Below, piece after piece: positions 52,852 through 64,000 of a stretch of DNA of 64,000 bases (the stretch's first letter is position 1; the number at the start of each line of letters is the position of its first letter). Below the pieces are notes generated by a model, which worked only from the letters and a program-made list of their open reading frames with translations, did not search any database and was not told where the DNA came from. Position numbers and translations under genes: made by a program. The stretch comes from Octopus vulgaris (lineage: Eukaryota), in the NCBI GenBank assembly GCA_951406725.2, contig OX597821.1, positions 93,558,001 through 93,622,000 on the forward strand. Reading direction: 5' to 3'.

Positions 52852-53082
52852 GCGTGTGTGTGTTTGTGTGTCTGTGTTTGTCCCCCTAGCATTGCTTGAC
52901 AACCGCTGGTGGTGTGTTTATGTCCCCGTTACTTAGCAGTTCGGCAAAAGAGACTGATAGAATAAGTACTGGGCTTACAAAAGAATAAGTCCCGGGGTCG
53001 AGTTGCTCGATTAAAGGCGGTGCTCCAGCATGGCCACAGTCAAATGACTGAAACAAATAAAAGAGTAAAAGAGTAAAAGAGT
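52653..53082 (+). mobile_element. Family C SINE
   Basis: Full-length homology. Confidence 0.92.
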
Positions 53083-53371
53083 ATATATATATATATATAT
53101 ATACATAGAGAGAGAAAGAGAGAGAAAGAGAGAAAGAGAGATGCACATGTATGTATGTATATATATAATAATATAAGTAGTTGAATGAATTATCCTAGTA
53201 TGGATAATTCGGTTAACCGATACCCGGGTAGCAAATTTACGTCAGAAAGCACGGTTGAAGCTACATGCCAAGGGCAGAAATCATGTGCTTTCGTGTGGAA
53301 ATTTGTGTGTTTTTTTACTATAGATAAATGAAAGAATGGAGTCGAACGACGATTTAACAAAACTCCTTTAT

Positions 53372-53452
53372 TCTCGACATATGTTTCGAAGACTGCATAT
53401 TCTTAATTCCGAAGGAATAAAGGGTGCATTATGCTGTCTTCTCATCAGGAAA
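53372..53452 (-). ncRNA. Type I hammerhead ribozyme with all conserved core nucleotides present
   Basis: TTTC-CTGATGA-GAAGAC-A-GCATA...TATGC-A-GTCTTC-GAAA-CATATG-TC-GAGA. Stem II 6+5 bp with G10.1-C11.1; palindromic stem III ACATATGT; GUC triplet; 4-bp stem I. Confidence 0.8.
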
Positions 53453-53959
53453 GACAAGGAACTTATGTCATCATCATGACGAACAAAAACTTTTAGATGA
53501 CTGCCCACACGGAGTCCATAGTGACAATGAGTGTTTCTTTAAAATATTCCATTATAAGCAGTGACGTCAAAATTGGTTGGATGGATAAGATTCTAAAAAG
53601 TTCAAAAGTTCAAAATGGTTGGAAGGGGCAGGTTCTAAGAATAGGGGGGTGACAGAGTGCAAGTCGTATGTATGGTGATGCGTTATTGTTTGCTTTTGCC
53701 AATGTGATTGAGTGCCTATGTGTGTGTATGTATATAACTGCATTTGTGTCTATGTGTGTGTATATGTGTGCGTGGTTGTTTGTGTGGGGGGATACATGCC
53801 AAATATATCTAGTGGTGAATTGACAGGTTTGTGTCTGTGTGTTTGATTGATAGAGAGAGGGAGAGGTAGAGAGACAAAGGTAGAACATACCCCAACGAAT
53901 TTGGTAGTAGGCCTTCAAGTAACAGAGTATAAAAAAATTTTTGTCACTGCGATGTCACT

Positions 53960-54760
53960 GAGGCCGAGTTGCATCGGTCTTTGCCTTTCTCTTGGATAAC
54001 ATCAGAGGTGTGGAGTGGGGAGGCTGGTGTACATGGGCATCTGCTAGTCTTCTACAAACAACCTTGCCCAGAATTGTGCCTCAGAGGGTAACTTTCTAGG
54101 TGCAATCCCATGGTATTTGTGATCAAAGGGGTTTTTACCTTTTATCCTATGTACAAATAATGGCATGGAGAGGAGAGGCTAGAATGCATGGGCGGCTGCT
54201 GCTCTTCCATAAGCAACCTTTCCTGGACTTGTGCTTCAGAGGGGAACTTTCTAGGTGCAATCCCATACCATGGTCATTCATGACCGTTGGGGGTCTTTAC
54301 CCTTTACCCTATGTACATATAAGGGCATGGAGAGGGGAGGCTAGTATACATGGGTGGCTGCTGGTCTTCCATAAACAACCTTGCCCAGAATTGTGCCTCA
54401 GGGGGTAACTAGGTGCAATCCCATGCCATGGTCATTCATGACCGATGGGGTCTTTACCCTTTACCCTATGTACATATAAGGGCATGGAGAGGGGAGGTTG
54501 TATACATGGGTGGCTGCTGGTCTTCCATAAACAACCTTGCCCAGAATTGTGCCTCAGAGGGTAACTAGGTGCAATCCCATACCATGGTCATTCATGACCG
54601 TTGGGGTTTTTACCCTTTACCCTATGTACATATAACGGCATAGAGAGGGGGGTGCTAGTATGCATGGGTGGCTGCTGGTCTTCCATAAACAACCTTGCCC
54701 AGACTTATGCCTCAGAGGGTAAGTTTCTAGGTGCAATCCCATGGCCATCTTTACCCTTTC
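53960..54760 (+). repeat. Five head-to-tail ~155-162-bp units of a SINE-like sequence
   Basis: Units start near 54011, 54166, 54328, 54485 and 54641 (GGAGAGGGGAGGCT...CTAGGTGCAATCCCAT...TTTACCCT). Confidence 0.9.
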
Positions 54761-56116
54761 CCTGTTCTTAGCCTGTTGTGTTGTGTATGTTTGTTGTAAT
54801 CTTACATAACAAAGTGACAGTATTTTGTAGTGTTTTACATAGGATGTTTCCTTAGTTAGTTATGCTGCTGTCATATTATGCTATGAGGCAAGACACTGTG
54901 ATTTATTTCATTATATTATGACATGTCCTTAGCCAGTTGCAATGTCATAACATCACGTTATAATGTGTGACAAGGTATTGCAATGCTTGACATTGTATTA
55001 GGATGCGTCCTTAGTCAGTTGTGATGTTATGTTGTATGGACTTCCTCCTTTTTAGTGGGTATAAAATATAAATAAAGGAGACAAAAAAAAATGAATGAAA
55101 AATCATGAAATATAGAGAATATAATCAAAAGATTAGGGGAGGAAAAAAATTAAAAACAATGGAGTAGGATTTTTTGGTAGGGGTGAAAAATAAAAGAATA
55201 AAGAAACAAAAATTATAAGAAAAGGTACAAATTTTCCTTCATTTCCATCACCATCACCACTACCAACAACAACAACACAATCACCACCACCACCACAACA
55301 CTACTTGCTTTTCCTTCCTTCTTTCTTTTACTAGGCTTTGTTTCCTTGAAATTTTTTTCTTTTTCTTTCATTTTATTTATTTATTTTATTATTTATTATT
55401 TTTTTTTTTTGGTATGTGCCTTCATTCATTCTCCGAACTTTCCTAAAGTCAATGGCAGTTAGTAAGAAATCAAGCTGGTGGAAGCATTGAGCCGAATGTA
55501 AATAGATAAGTGGTCACAAGACTACATTCATAAACTGTACCATTTTATTATCGCTGTTTGATGGACACCAAGAACCTAATGTAGCAGACGATAATAAGTT
55601 GCCTGAAATTGTAAGAATTACCAACCGTGCTGCAGCCAAATGGCAAAGAAGTGCTTGTTGTCTTTTGTTGTTGCTGTTGTTGTTGTTGCTAATGGTGGTA
55701 GTGGTTTTCTTGGTGTTGTTGTTGTTACTTGAAACTTGTGCATGTGTTTGTAACTATATATGTATCGGGAGGAGACATACATATTTGAGTTGTACATATA
55801 TTAAACATAAGTGTATATATAACTATGTGTGTGTATGTATGCATATATGTAATGGTATGTGTATGTATTTTTGGTGTACGTAAGTATTTGTATATATGTG
55901 TATGTGTGAACATTATATATAAGAGTATATATATATATCTATCAATCTATCTGTCTGTCTATCTAGCTGTCAGTCTGTCTGTCTGTCTAGCTATGTATCT
56001 ATCTATCTATTTGCATGTATGTCTGTATGTATGTATGTATGTATGTATGAATGTAAGTATGTATGTATGTACATATGTATGTATGTACATATATATGTAC
56101 ATATGTATGTATGTAC

Positions 56117-56147
<31 letters not shown>

Positions 56148-56239
56148 TGTATGTATGTATAACTATGCATATGTATGTATGCCTTTATGCAACTCTATGT
56201 GTATATATGTGTATTTGTGAACATTGCATATAAGAGCAT

Positions 56240-57440
56240 ATCATCATCATCATCATCATCATTTAACGTCCGCTTTCCATGCTAGCATGGGTTGGACGAT
56301 TTGACTGAGGACTAGTGAACCAGATGGCTGCACAAGGCTCCAATCTTAATCTGGCAGTGTTTCTACAGCTGGATGCCCTTCCTAACGCCAACCACTCTGT
56401 GAGTGTAGTGGGTGCTTTTACGAGGACCAGTCAGGCAGTACTGGCAATGGCCACACTCAAATGGTGTATTTTTTATGAGCCACCTGCACAGGAGCCAGTC
56501 CAGTGGCACTGGCAATGACCCCACTCAAAAGTTTTTCAGGTGCCACCGGCACAAGTGCCAGTAAGGTGACGCTGGTAACAATCACGCTCAAATGGTGCTT
56601 TTTATGTGCCACCAGCATGGAAGCCAGTTAGCCACTCTGGCAATGATCACACTCAGATGGTGCTCTCAGCGCTCCACTAGCACGGATGCCAATCATTGAA
56701 TTTGATTTTGATTTCGATTTCACTTGCCTCAACAGGTCTTCGCAAGCAGAGTTTAGTGTCCAATGAAGGAAAGGTACGCATAAGTAGGCTGGTTACACTC
56801 CTGGCATAGGCCGCGAGGTTAAGGTCTCATTTGGCTTGCCGGGTCTTCTCAAGCACAGCATATTTCCAAAAGTTTCAGTCACTAGTCATTGCCTCGGTGA
56901 GGCCTAATTTTCGAAGGTCGTGCTTCACCACTTCATCCCAGGTCTTCCTGGGTCTACCTCTTCCACAGGTTCCCTCAACTGCTAGGGTGTGGCACTTTTT
57001 CACACTGCTATCCTCATCCATTCTCGCCACATGACCATACCAGCGCAGTTGTCTCTCTTGCACACTACATCTGATGCTTCTTAAGTCCAACTTTATTCTC
57101 AAGGTACTTACACTCTGTCGAGTATGCACACTGACATTACACATCCATCGAATCATACTGGCTTCATTCCTTGCAAGCTTACGCATGTCCTCAGCAGTCA
57201 CGGCCCATGTTTCACTGCCATGTAGCATGGCTGTTTGTACACATGCGTCATACAGTCTACTCTAAGTGAGAGGCCCTTTGTCACCAGCAAAGGTAAGAGC
57301 TCTCTGAACTTTACCCAGGTTATTCTTATTCTAGCAGCTACACTTTCAGCATACTCTCCCCCGCTACTGACGTGGTCACCTAGGTAACGGAAGCTATCAA
57401 CTACTTCTAGTTTTTCTCCCTGGAATGTGGCAGAAGTTGT
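56240..57440 (-). mobile_element. 5'-truncated RTE LINE, same family as 15235-16715
   Basis: ORF 56875-57228 has LHGSETW, RQLRWYGHV and GRGRPRKTWDEV; 3' UTR and (GAT)n tail. Confidence 0.92.
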
Positions 57441-57493
57441 TCTCTCTCTCTTTCTTTCTCTCTCTCTCTCTCTATATATATATATACATATAT

Positions 57494-58398
57494 GATGGCT
57501 GTCCCCTCGTTATCGAGTATGGCCATTGCACAAAGCTTAACTGTTATTGGTGCTGTGATTGAATGTGACTTTTAGCCCAGCTAAAGATCTACAATGTCTT
57601 GTACAGAATTGGCAGCTAAAACCTTTCCCAGTAATATCCGGCTGTAGTTGTAACTGGGCTTCATGTACCTTTGCATGTCGTTTAAGTCCTACTGCTGAAT
57701 TACACTCTCTTCCACATGTCTGACAGATATGATTAGTATGGTGTGTAACACTACCATCAGTGACCAGGTTGTCACTCATCTGTCTCACTTTATGACTACG
57801 AAGATGACTCATGAGTCCAGCTTTACTGAGGCAGGGTCTTGCACAGACATTGCATGTCAGAATCAAAGGAAGACCCTTCCCATCTGGAAGTGTAACAAGC
57901 GATGCACTTCCTGACATCCCTCCTTACTTTCTCATGCACAACTCGAGATTTCTCAAAAGTAGCTGTCCCCTCATGCACAATCCTTCTCCACCTGCTATGA
58001 TCAATAGCTATGCCTTCCCAGGTGTCAAGAAAGATCCAAGCATTTCTCAAGGAAGCCTTCAGCAAGTCCTTATACCTCTTTTTTGGTTTATGTGGAGGTC
58101 GTTCTCCTTTAGCTAACTCACCCATAAAAGAATTGTTTTGGCATTCTTGAATCCTTCATCCTGGCCAGATGACCACTCCATCTGAGCCTTTGCTTTAACA
58201 CAAGAGCTTCTATACTTTTGCACCGAGAGCCTTCCAATATTTCAAGATCACTGATGCGGTCCTCTCACTTAATGCCATAGATCCGTCTGAGACACATCTT
58301 ATGGAAACATTCCAATTGTTTAAGGTGGTATCAATATGTGACCAATGTCTCGCGGGCATAGAGAAGAGAAGGGAGCACACATGCCTTGTACACCTTTA
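57494..58398 (-). pseudogene. RTE/BovB-like LINE 3' part with C-terminal C2H2 zinc fingers
   Basis: RLRWSGHLARM..SRMPK and GELAKGERPPHKPKKRYKD; ORF 57537-57917 has CNVC..HLRSH, CQTC..HAKVH and a truncated CQFC finger. Confidence 0.85.
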
Positions 58399-58399
58399 T

Positions 58400-58985
58400 T
58401 GGGATATTTTGGAAGAGCCACTAGAAGAAAAGAAAGAAATGAGGAGATGCCAGAAAAATCCAGTTCATTTTAGGATAGAGCGATTTTCTCAGATGAACCC
58501 AGATTTGCATTATTTTTAGACAGTGGACGTGTTTGGGTCTGGAGGCCTCCCAATCAAGAATTTGATTTGAAACAACTCCAACCAACTGTGAAACATGGCG
58601 GTATCTCTGTATTGGTATGGGGAGTTGTCACCAGCAATGGTTGTTCTGAGCTGATTGAATGCGTTGGAACCGTAAACTCTGAAAAATACATCAAAATACC
58701 TAAGCAAGGACTACTTCAGATGTATTCACATAATAACATAACGAAAATGAGTTTTTATTCATAGAAAATGGAGCTCCATGCCATACAGCGAAGAGGAATC
58801 AACAATGGTTTACTGAAAATGGGATGAAAAAGCTTACTTGGCCAAGCCAATCTGGAGTATATGAGATAGAGTGATACGAAAAATTCGACAGAAACCTGAA
58901 GGTGAATACTTTTGTTTATTGCATAAAAAGTGGACAAAAATTCCATAAAGCTCATCAGTTCAATACCAAAAAGATACATGTTGGA
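58400..58985 (+). pseudogene. Tc1 (DD34E-type) transposase fragment
   Basis: IFSDEPRF, VWVWRPP, PTVKHGGISVLVWG, ENGAPCH, LTWPSQS; frameshifted. Confidence 0.88.
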
Positions 58986-59007
58986 GGGATTTGCCAAAGC
59001 AGGGCCA

Positions 59008-59479
59008 ATCCTGCCCCTCTGGCATGTCATGTAATGTTATGGTTTGCCCTGCCCCTCTGGCGAATCTCACATGTCATGTAATGTTATCGTTGGCCCTGCC
59101 CCTCTGGCGAATCTCACATGTCATGTAATGTTATGGTTGGCCCTGCCCCTTTGGCTAATCTGACATGTCATTTAATGTTATGTTTGGCCCTGCCCCTCTG
59201 GCTAATCTGACATGTCATTTAATGTTATGGTTGGCCCTGCCCCTATGGCTAATCTGACATGTCATGTAATGTTATGGTTGGCCCTGCCCCTTTGGCTAAT
59301 CTGACATGTCATTTAATGTTATGTTTGGCCCTGCCCCTCTGGCTAATCTGACACGTCATGTAATGTTATGGTTGGCCCTGCTCCTCTAGCTAATCTGACA
59401 TGTCATGTAATGTTATGGTTGGCCCTGCCCCTTTGGCTAATCTGACATGTCATGTAATGTTATGGGTGGCCCTGCCCTG
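59008..59479. repeat. 47-bp minisatellite, ~10 copies
   Basis: Unit GGCCCTGCCCCTCTGGCTAATCTGACATGTCATGTAATGTTATGGTT; starts at 59092 and 59139 confirm the period. Confidence 0.95.
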
Positions 59480-59629
59480 CATATGTCTTGCTGACTGCAG
59501 AGGCGCCTTTCTAGCCTTTCGAAAGCAACACTTGCTTTCCAAATTCTATATGGAATTTCATCATCCAAATTGCTATATCTATTAATAGAGCTTCCCAGGT
59601 AGAAAAACTGATCAACTACATCAAGTAGT

Positions 59630-59908
59630 TATACTGTTGTGTCTGGGGAGAGTCACTCTCTTCTGGCACCCTACAACTCAACACACTCACCAGTAAAACT
59701 TCCATCCATTTCCCCCTTATTCTTCCAAAATTCCTACTGCGTCCTGCAACCCTTTCAATAGTTTGGAGAGTCAAAACTATTGAAAAGGTTACAGGATGCA
59801 ACAAAGATTTTAGAAGAATAAAAAAGAAATAAGTGGAAACTCCACCAGTGAGCATGTTAAACACAAGGCACCAAAAGAGATTGACTCTCCCCAGACACAA
59901 CAGAATAT
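59630..59908. mobile_element. MITE with ~40-bp TIRs
   Basis: TACTGTTGTGTCTGGGGAGAGTCACTCTCTT / AAGAGATTGACTCTCCCCAGACACAACAGAATA. Confidence 0.78.
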
Positions 59909-59965
59909 GCTTCAACACACAAACTCACATAAAGAATCTTGCAAACCAAATCAAAAAACGAAATA

Positions 59966-60400
59966 TATTGGGTTGTCCAGAAAAGTTCGTGCCAATTTTT
60001 AATCAACCAAATATGAACCATTTTGTTGCACAATGCGTCTCCATCTTTCCTTTAACTTGAAAATACTCGCTTCCCAGAATTGAGGTGGTTTCATGGCAAA
60101 GAATTCATCAAGGTATCTTTTTACATCATCCAAGGAACTGAAATTTTTACAATTAAGACCTGAATAAGTAGAAATCTGAAGGAGCAATATCTGGTGAATA
60201 TGGAGGGTGAGGTAACACATTGCAACCGAGCTGCAGCAATTTTTGTCTTGTTCCCAAACCATCAAGTGCCAAAAATGAACTTTCTTATTCTCCATTTTAA
60301 AGGGTTACAGAATTAACACACGTTATAGGAACATAAATCTTCCTCGATGAAAAGATTGATTAAAATGTGCTCTAAATGGAGGTGTAGTCAATGCAATTTT
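59966..60400 (-). mobile_element. Internally deleted mariner, same family as 43000-43949
   Basis: TIR TATTGGGTTGTCCAGAAAAGTTCGTGCCAA; 60261-60391 matches 43731-43862; transposase C-terminus KLKERWRRIVQQNGSY. Confidence 0.85.
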
Positions 60401-60409
60401 ATACCAATT

Positions 60410-60935
60410 GCTATTTTTACTTTTGTCATGTTACTTTAGTTTGATTTTAATTACTTACAACATATAATTCAATTGTTATTATTATTTTTATTGTTAAAGT
60501 GAAAGTATCTGACATAAAATAGAGAAACGTTTTTGTTTCACTTTTAACACGTAATACTGAAATAGTGGAGAAGATATGATATTGCTATGGGCTCACTCTA
60601 GGCAAAACGTTGAACATTTTTTTTGCCCATGAAACTCCATGGACCCTAAGTAAGGCATGTGTAAAATTTGAATGGAATTGGTTGTGTAGTTCTCAAGTTT
60701 TAGGGAATCGTAGTGGAGAAGATATGATATTGCTGATGACACTCTCCGGACCCTAAGTAAGGCATGTATAAAATTTGAATGAAATTGGTTGTGTAGTTCT
60801 CAAGTTTTAGGGAAACACTCAGACAGACAGACACACAGACAGACACACACACACAGACAGACAGACAGACACACACACAGACAAACAGACACACAGACAG
60901 ACAGACACACATTCTCAGTTTTATATATATAAAGA
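60410..60935 (-). mobile_element. Helitron-like element (5' end) with an internal tandem duplication
   Basis: A|TCTTTATATATATAAAACTGAG...GTGTGTCTGTCTG resembles the 9067 5' end; blocks ~60563-60705 and ~60710-60812 are duplicated; no 3' CTAG found. Confidence 0.55.
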
Positions 60936-61230
60936 TAAACACAATGGTTGTAGTAAGGTTTTTAACTTATGGCCATGTTGCCAGTCGTCCTAAACAGACA
61001 TTGTACATTACTTAAACAGAACATTACCTAAACAGACGTTGTACATTGGATAAACACGGTTCAAGCAACAATTTTAAGAACATCACTTTGCTTGTTCGTT
61101 TGATTGCATAACAATTATCTCTCTCTCTCTCTCTTTCTCCCTCTTTCTCTCCCTCTCTGTCTCTCTCTCTCTCTCTGTCTGTCTCTTTCTGTCTGTCTCT
61201 TTCTGTCTGTCCGTCTCTGTCTGTCTGTCT

Positions 61231-61288
<58 letters not shown>

Positions 61289-61377
61289 TTGCCATAAACA
61301 CACATATATCTATCTATCTATCTAGATTCATAAATAGATAGGGAAGACATTGAGGTAGATGGACAGCTATAGAAGCA

Positions 61378-61440
<63 letters not shown>

Positions 61441-61524
61441 GTATATATATATGTATGTATTATGTATGTATTATATATGCATGTATGTATATGTATGTAT
61501 GCATATATATATATATATATACGC

Positions 61525-61556
<32 letters not shown>

Positions 61557-61760
61557 ATTTACACACACTCATACATTTATATAAATGCACATACATACAC
61601 ACAGACATATATACATAATGTTTCCAGGTAAACACAAGTAGAATATACATCTGTGTGAGTGTGTATGTGTTTGTGTGTATGTGTACATAAGCATGTATGT
61701 ATATGAGAGAGAGAGAGAAATAGTTATAAATATGTTTACACACACACATACAAATACATA

Positions 61761-61819
<59 letters not shown>

Positions 61820-61947
61820 CTTAGATAAAACTTAGATATGTTTCGACCAGAGATTGGTCCAGGCCATGTCTAACTTAATAGCACCAACAGATATACATTT
61901 ATATATCTATATACATATGCACACAGACACATGTATGTATATACAAA

Positions 61948-61981
<34 letters not shown>

Positions 61982-62319
61982 AGGGAACCTTAATTATGAT
62001 GTATATCTTACCTAGAGAGCATCAGTGACTTAATGGAAAAGAAATGTTTTCAATCAAAAATTAAAATTGCAACATGGAATTAGATTATAAGGAATTTGTT
62101 ATATATTTGTCTAAAGTGTTTATATATATACCTACACAGACAGGCACATACATGCACTCACAAGTATACATATACTCATATATGCATACATGCATAAGCA
62201 TACATACTATTACATTTATATACACATGCACACACTTAGATGGTCAATATCTAAGATAAGTTGTATTTCATCAACAAGGTGAAAAATATAACACTGGTTT
62301 ACAATTTCCCTTTCAAATA

Positions 62320-62388
<69 letters not shown>

Positions 62389-62480
62389 TCTCTCTTTGCC
62401 ATAAACACACACATATCTATCTAGATTCATAGATAAATAGGGAAGACATTGAGGTAGCTGGACAGATATAGAAGCATGTG

Positions 62481-62511
<31 letters not shown>

Positions 62512-62522
62512 ATGTATGTATG

Positions 62523-62556
<34 letters not shown>

Positions 62557-62799
62557 TGTATGTATGTATGTATGTATTATGTATGTATGTATGTATTTAT
62601 GTATGTATGTATGTATGTATTATGTATGTATGTATGTATGTATGTATATATATGCATATATATATATATTGCTAGTTTTCTGTAGCTCTGCTCATACAGG
62701 CCTATGATCAAATCCATGACCATTCAATTTTTTATTCAACTAAAATCTATCTAAAACTATACTTTACAATGTGTCCTTACTTTATAAGGAAGTACAAGG

Positions 62800-63860
62800 A
62801 GGTACCCATAAGTACAAGGAGGTACTGTTAGAAGACACTTGATGCGATCCTCAGGCTTCAGTTTACCAACCAGCTGTAGTGGGTGTGAAGTCGTACTACG
62901 CCATGGTGCATCTTTGTTTTGCAGTGGTTCTCCCTTGTTTGTCAATTTTTGAGATGGCTGAAATGAAGGAACAGCATGCTCCCATGAAATTTTGTTTTCT
63001 GCTGGGGAAAACGGCAGCCAAAGCAGTTGTCATGCCTCAAACAGCCTACAAGGATGCTAATGTGGAGGTGCAATGGCCCAGTGGTTAGGACAGCGGGCTC
63101 GCAGTCATAGGATCGCGGTTTCGATTCCCAGACCGGGCGTTGTGAGTGTTTATTGAGCAAAAACACCTAAAGCTCCACGAGGCTCCAGCAGGGGATGGTG
63201 GTGATCCCTGCTGTACTCTTTCACCACAACTTTCTCTCACTCTTACTTCCTGTTTCTGTTGTACCTGTATTTCAAAAGTCCGGCCTTGTCACTCTCTGTG
63301 TCACGCTGAATATCCCCGAGAACTACGTTAAGGGTACACATGTCTGTGGAGTGCTCAGCCACTTACATGTTAATTTCACGAGCAGGCTGTTCCGTTGATT
63401 CGGATCAACAGGAACCCTCGTCATCGTAACCGACGGAGTGCTTCCTCACAAGGATGCTACCATGTTTCATGTTTTAGGAATGGTCACTATTTGCTTGAAC
63501 ACCAACCTTGTTCAGGGCAACCGTCGACCTCCTGAACAGATGAAAACATCACAAAAATTCATGAACTGATCTTGGAGGACCATCGCAGAACAAATGACAA
63601 GCTTGTCGATATGACTAGTGTGTCCTGGAGCTCCTGCCAACGAATCTTGAGTGAGGAATTTCAAATGAAAAGAGTTACAGCAAAATTTATGCCTTGCTTG
63701 TTCATGGAAGTCACAACTGAATGCATGACCCCTCTTAACCACCCTCCCTATTCATCAGATGTTGCTCCCTCTGACTTTTCTTTGTTCCTCTGAATGTAAA
63801 AAGTCCTAAAACAAAAACGTTTTACAGATGTGGAAGGGATGAATAAAAAACGATGGAGGT
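62800..63860 (+). mobile_element. Decayed mariner interrupted by a SINE
   Basis: EQHAPMKFCFLLGKTAAK, RILSEEFQMKRVTAKFMP, HPPYSSDVAPSDFSLF. Confidence 0.85.
63061..63447 (+). mobile_element. tRNA-Arg-like SINE, closely similar to 51653-52040
   Basis: 12-bp TSD ACAAGGATGCTA; A and B boxes present. Confidence 0.92.
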
Positions 63861-63872
63861 GTTTTTTTTTTT

Positions 63873-64000
63873 GGGAAGCACTCCATCAGTTACGACGACG
63901 AGGGTTCCGGTTGATCAACAGAACAGCCTGCTCATGAAATTAACGTGTAAGTGGCTGAGCACTCCACAGACACGTGTACCCTTAACATAGTTCTCGGGGA
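63873..64000 (-). mobile_element. 3' end of another tRNA-Arg-like SINE, running off the window
   Basis: Reverse complement of the 51905-52035 tail. Confidence 0.9.

Noticed and set aside
54011-59479. The tandem arrays at 54011-54760 and 59008-59479 as CRISPR-like arrays
   Set aside because: No unique spacers, no cas genes, and a eukaryotic context.
43920-59995. Same-family mariner TIRs at 43920-43949 and 59966-59995 as ends of one 16-kb composite transposon
   Set aside because: Each TIR belongs to an element extending away from the interval, so they are two separate insertions.

Overview
AT-rich, repeat-saturated eukaryotic non-coding DNA. The SINE families and microsatellite load point to a coleoid cephalopod, probably Octopus (family recognition from memory, no database search). 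I found no credible host protein-coding exon. The long ORFs in the track are microsatellite read-throughs or decayed transposon ORFs. The window holds dozens of tRNA-derived SINEs (at least three families), RTE-type and R4/Dong-type LINE remnants, Tc1/mariner fossils, MITEs (hAT, piggyBac, Tc1-like, foldback), Helitron-like elements, a solo LTR, minisatellites and very long (ATT)n, (GAA)n, (TA)n and (ATGT)n tracts. The main hidden signal is a set of type I hammerhead-ribozyme (HHR) motifs: CUGANGA...GAAA, a palindromic minimal stem III, an NUH triplet and a closing stem I. They occur in about six unrelated short non-coding elements, nearly all in (TA)n microsatellites and often with inverted or partial-tandem ends like Penelope-like elements. 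Highlights are an apparently intact HHR (53372-53452, minus strand), a perfect 138-bp palindrome encoding one HHR on each strand (25916-26053), and an element joining a tRNA-like Pol III head to an HHR (19937-20275). All structures were folded by eye, ribozyme activity is untested, and repeat boundaries are approximate unless a TSD is quoted.
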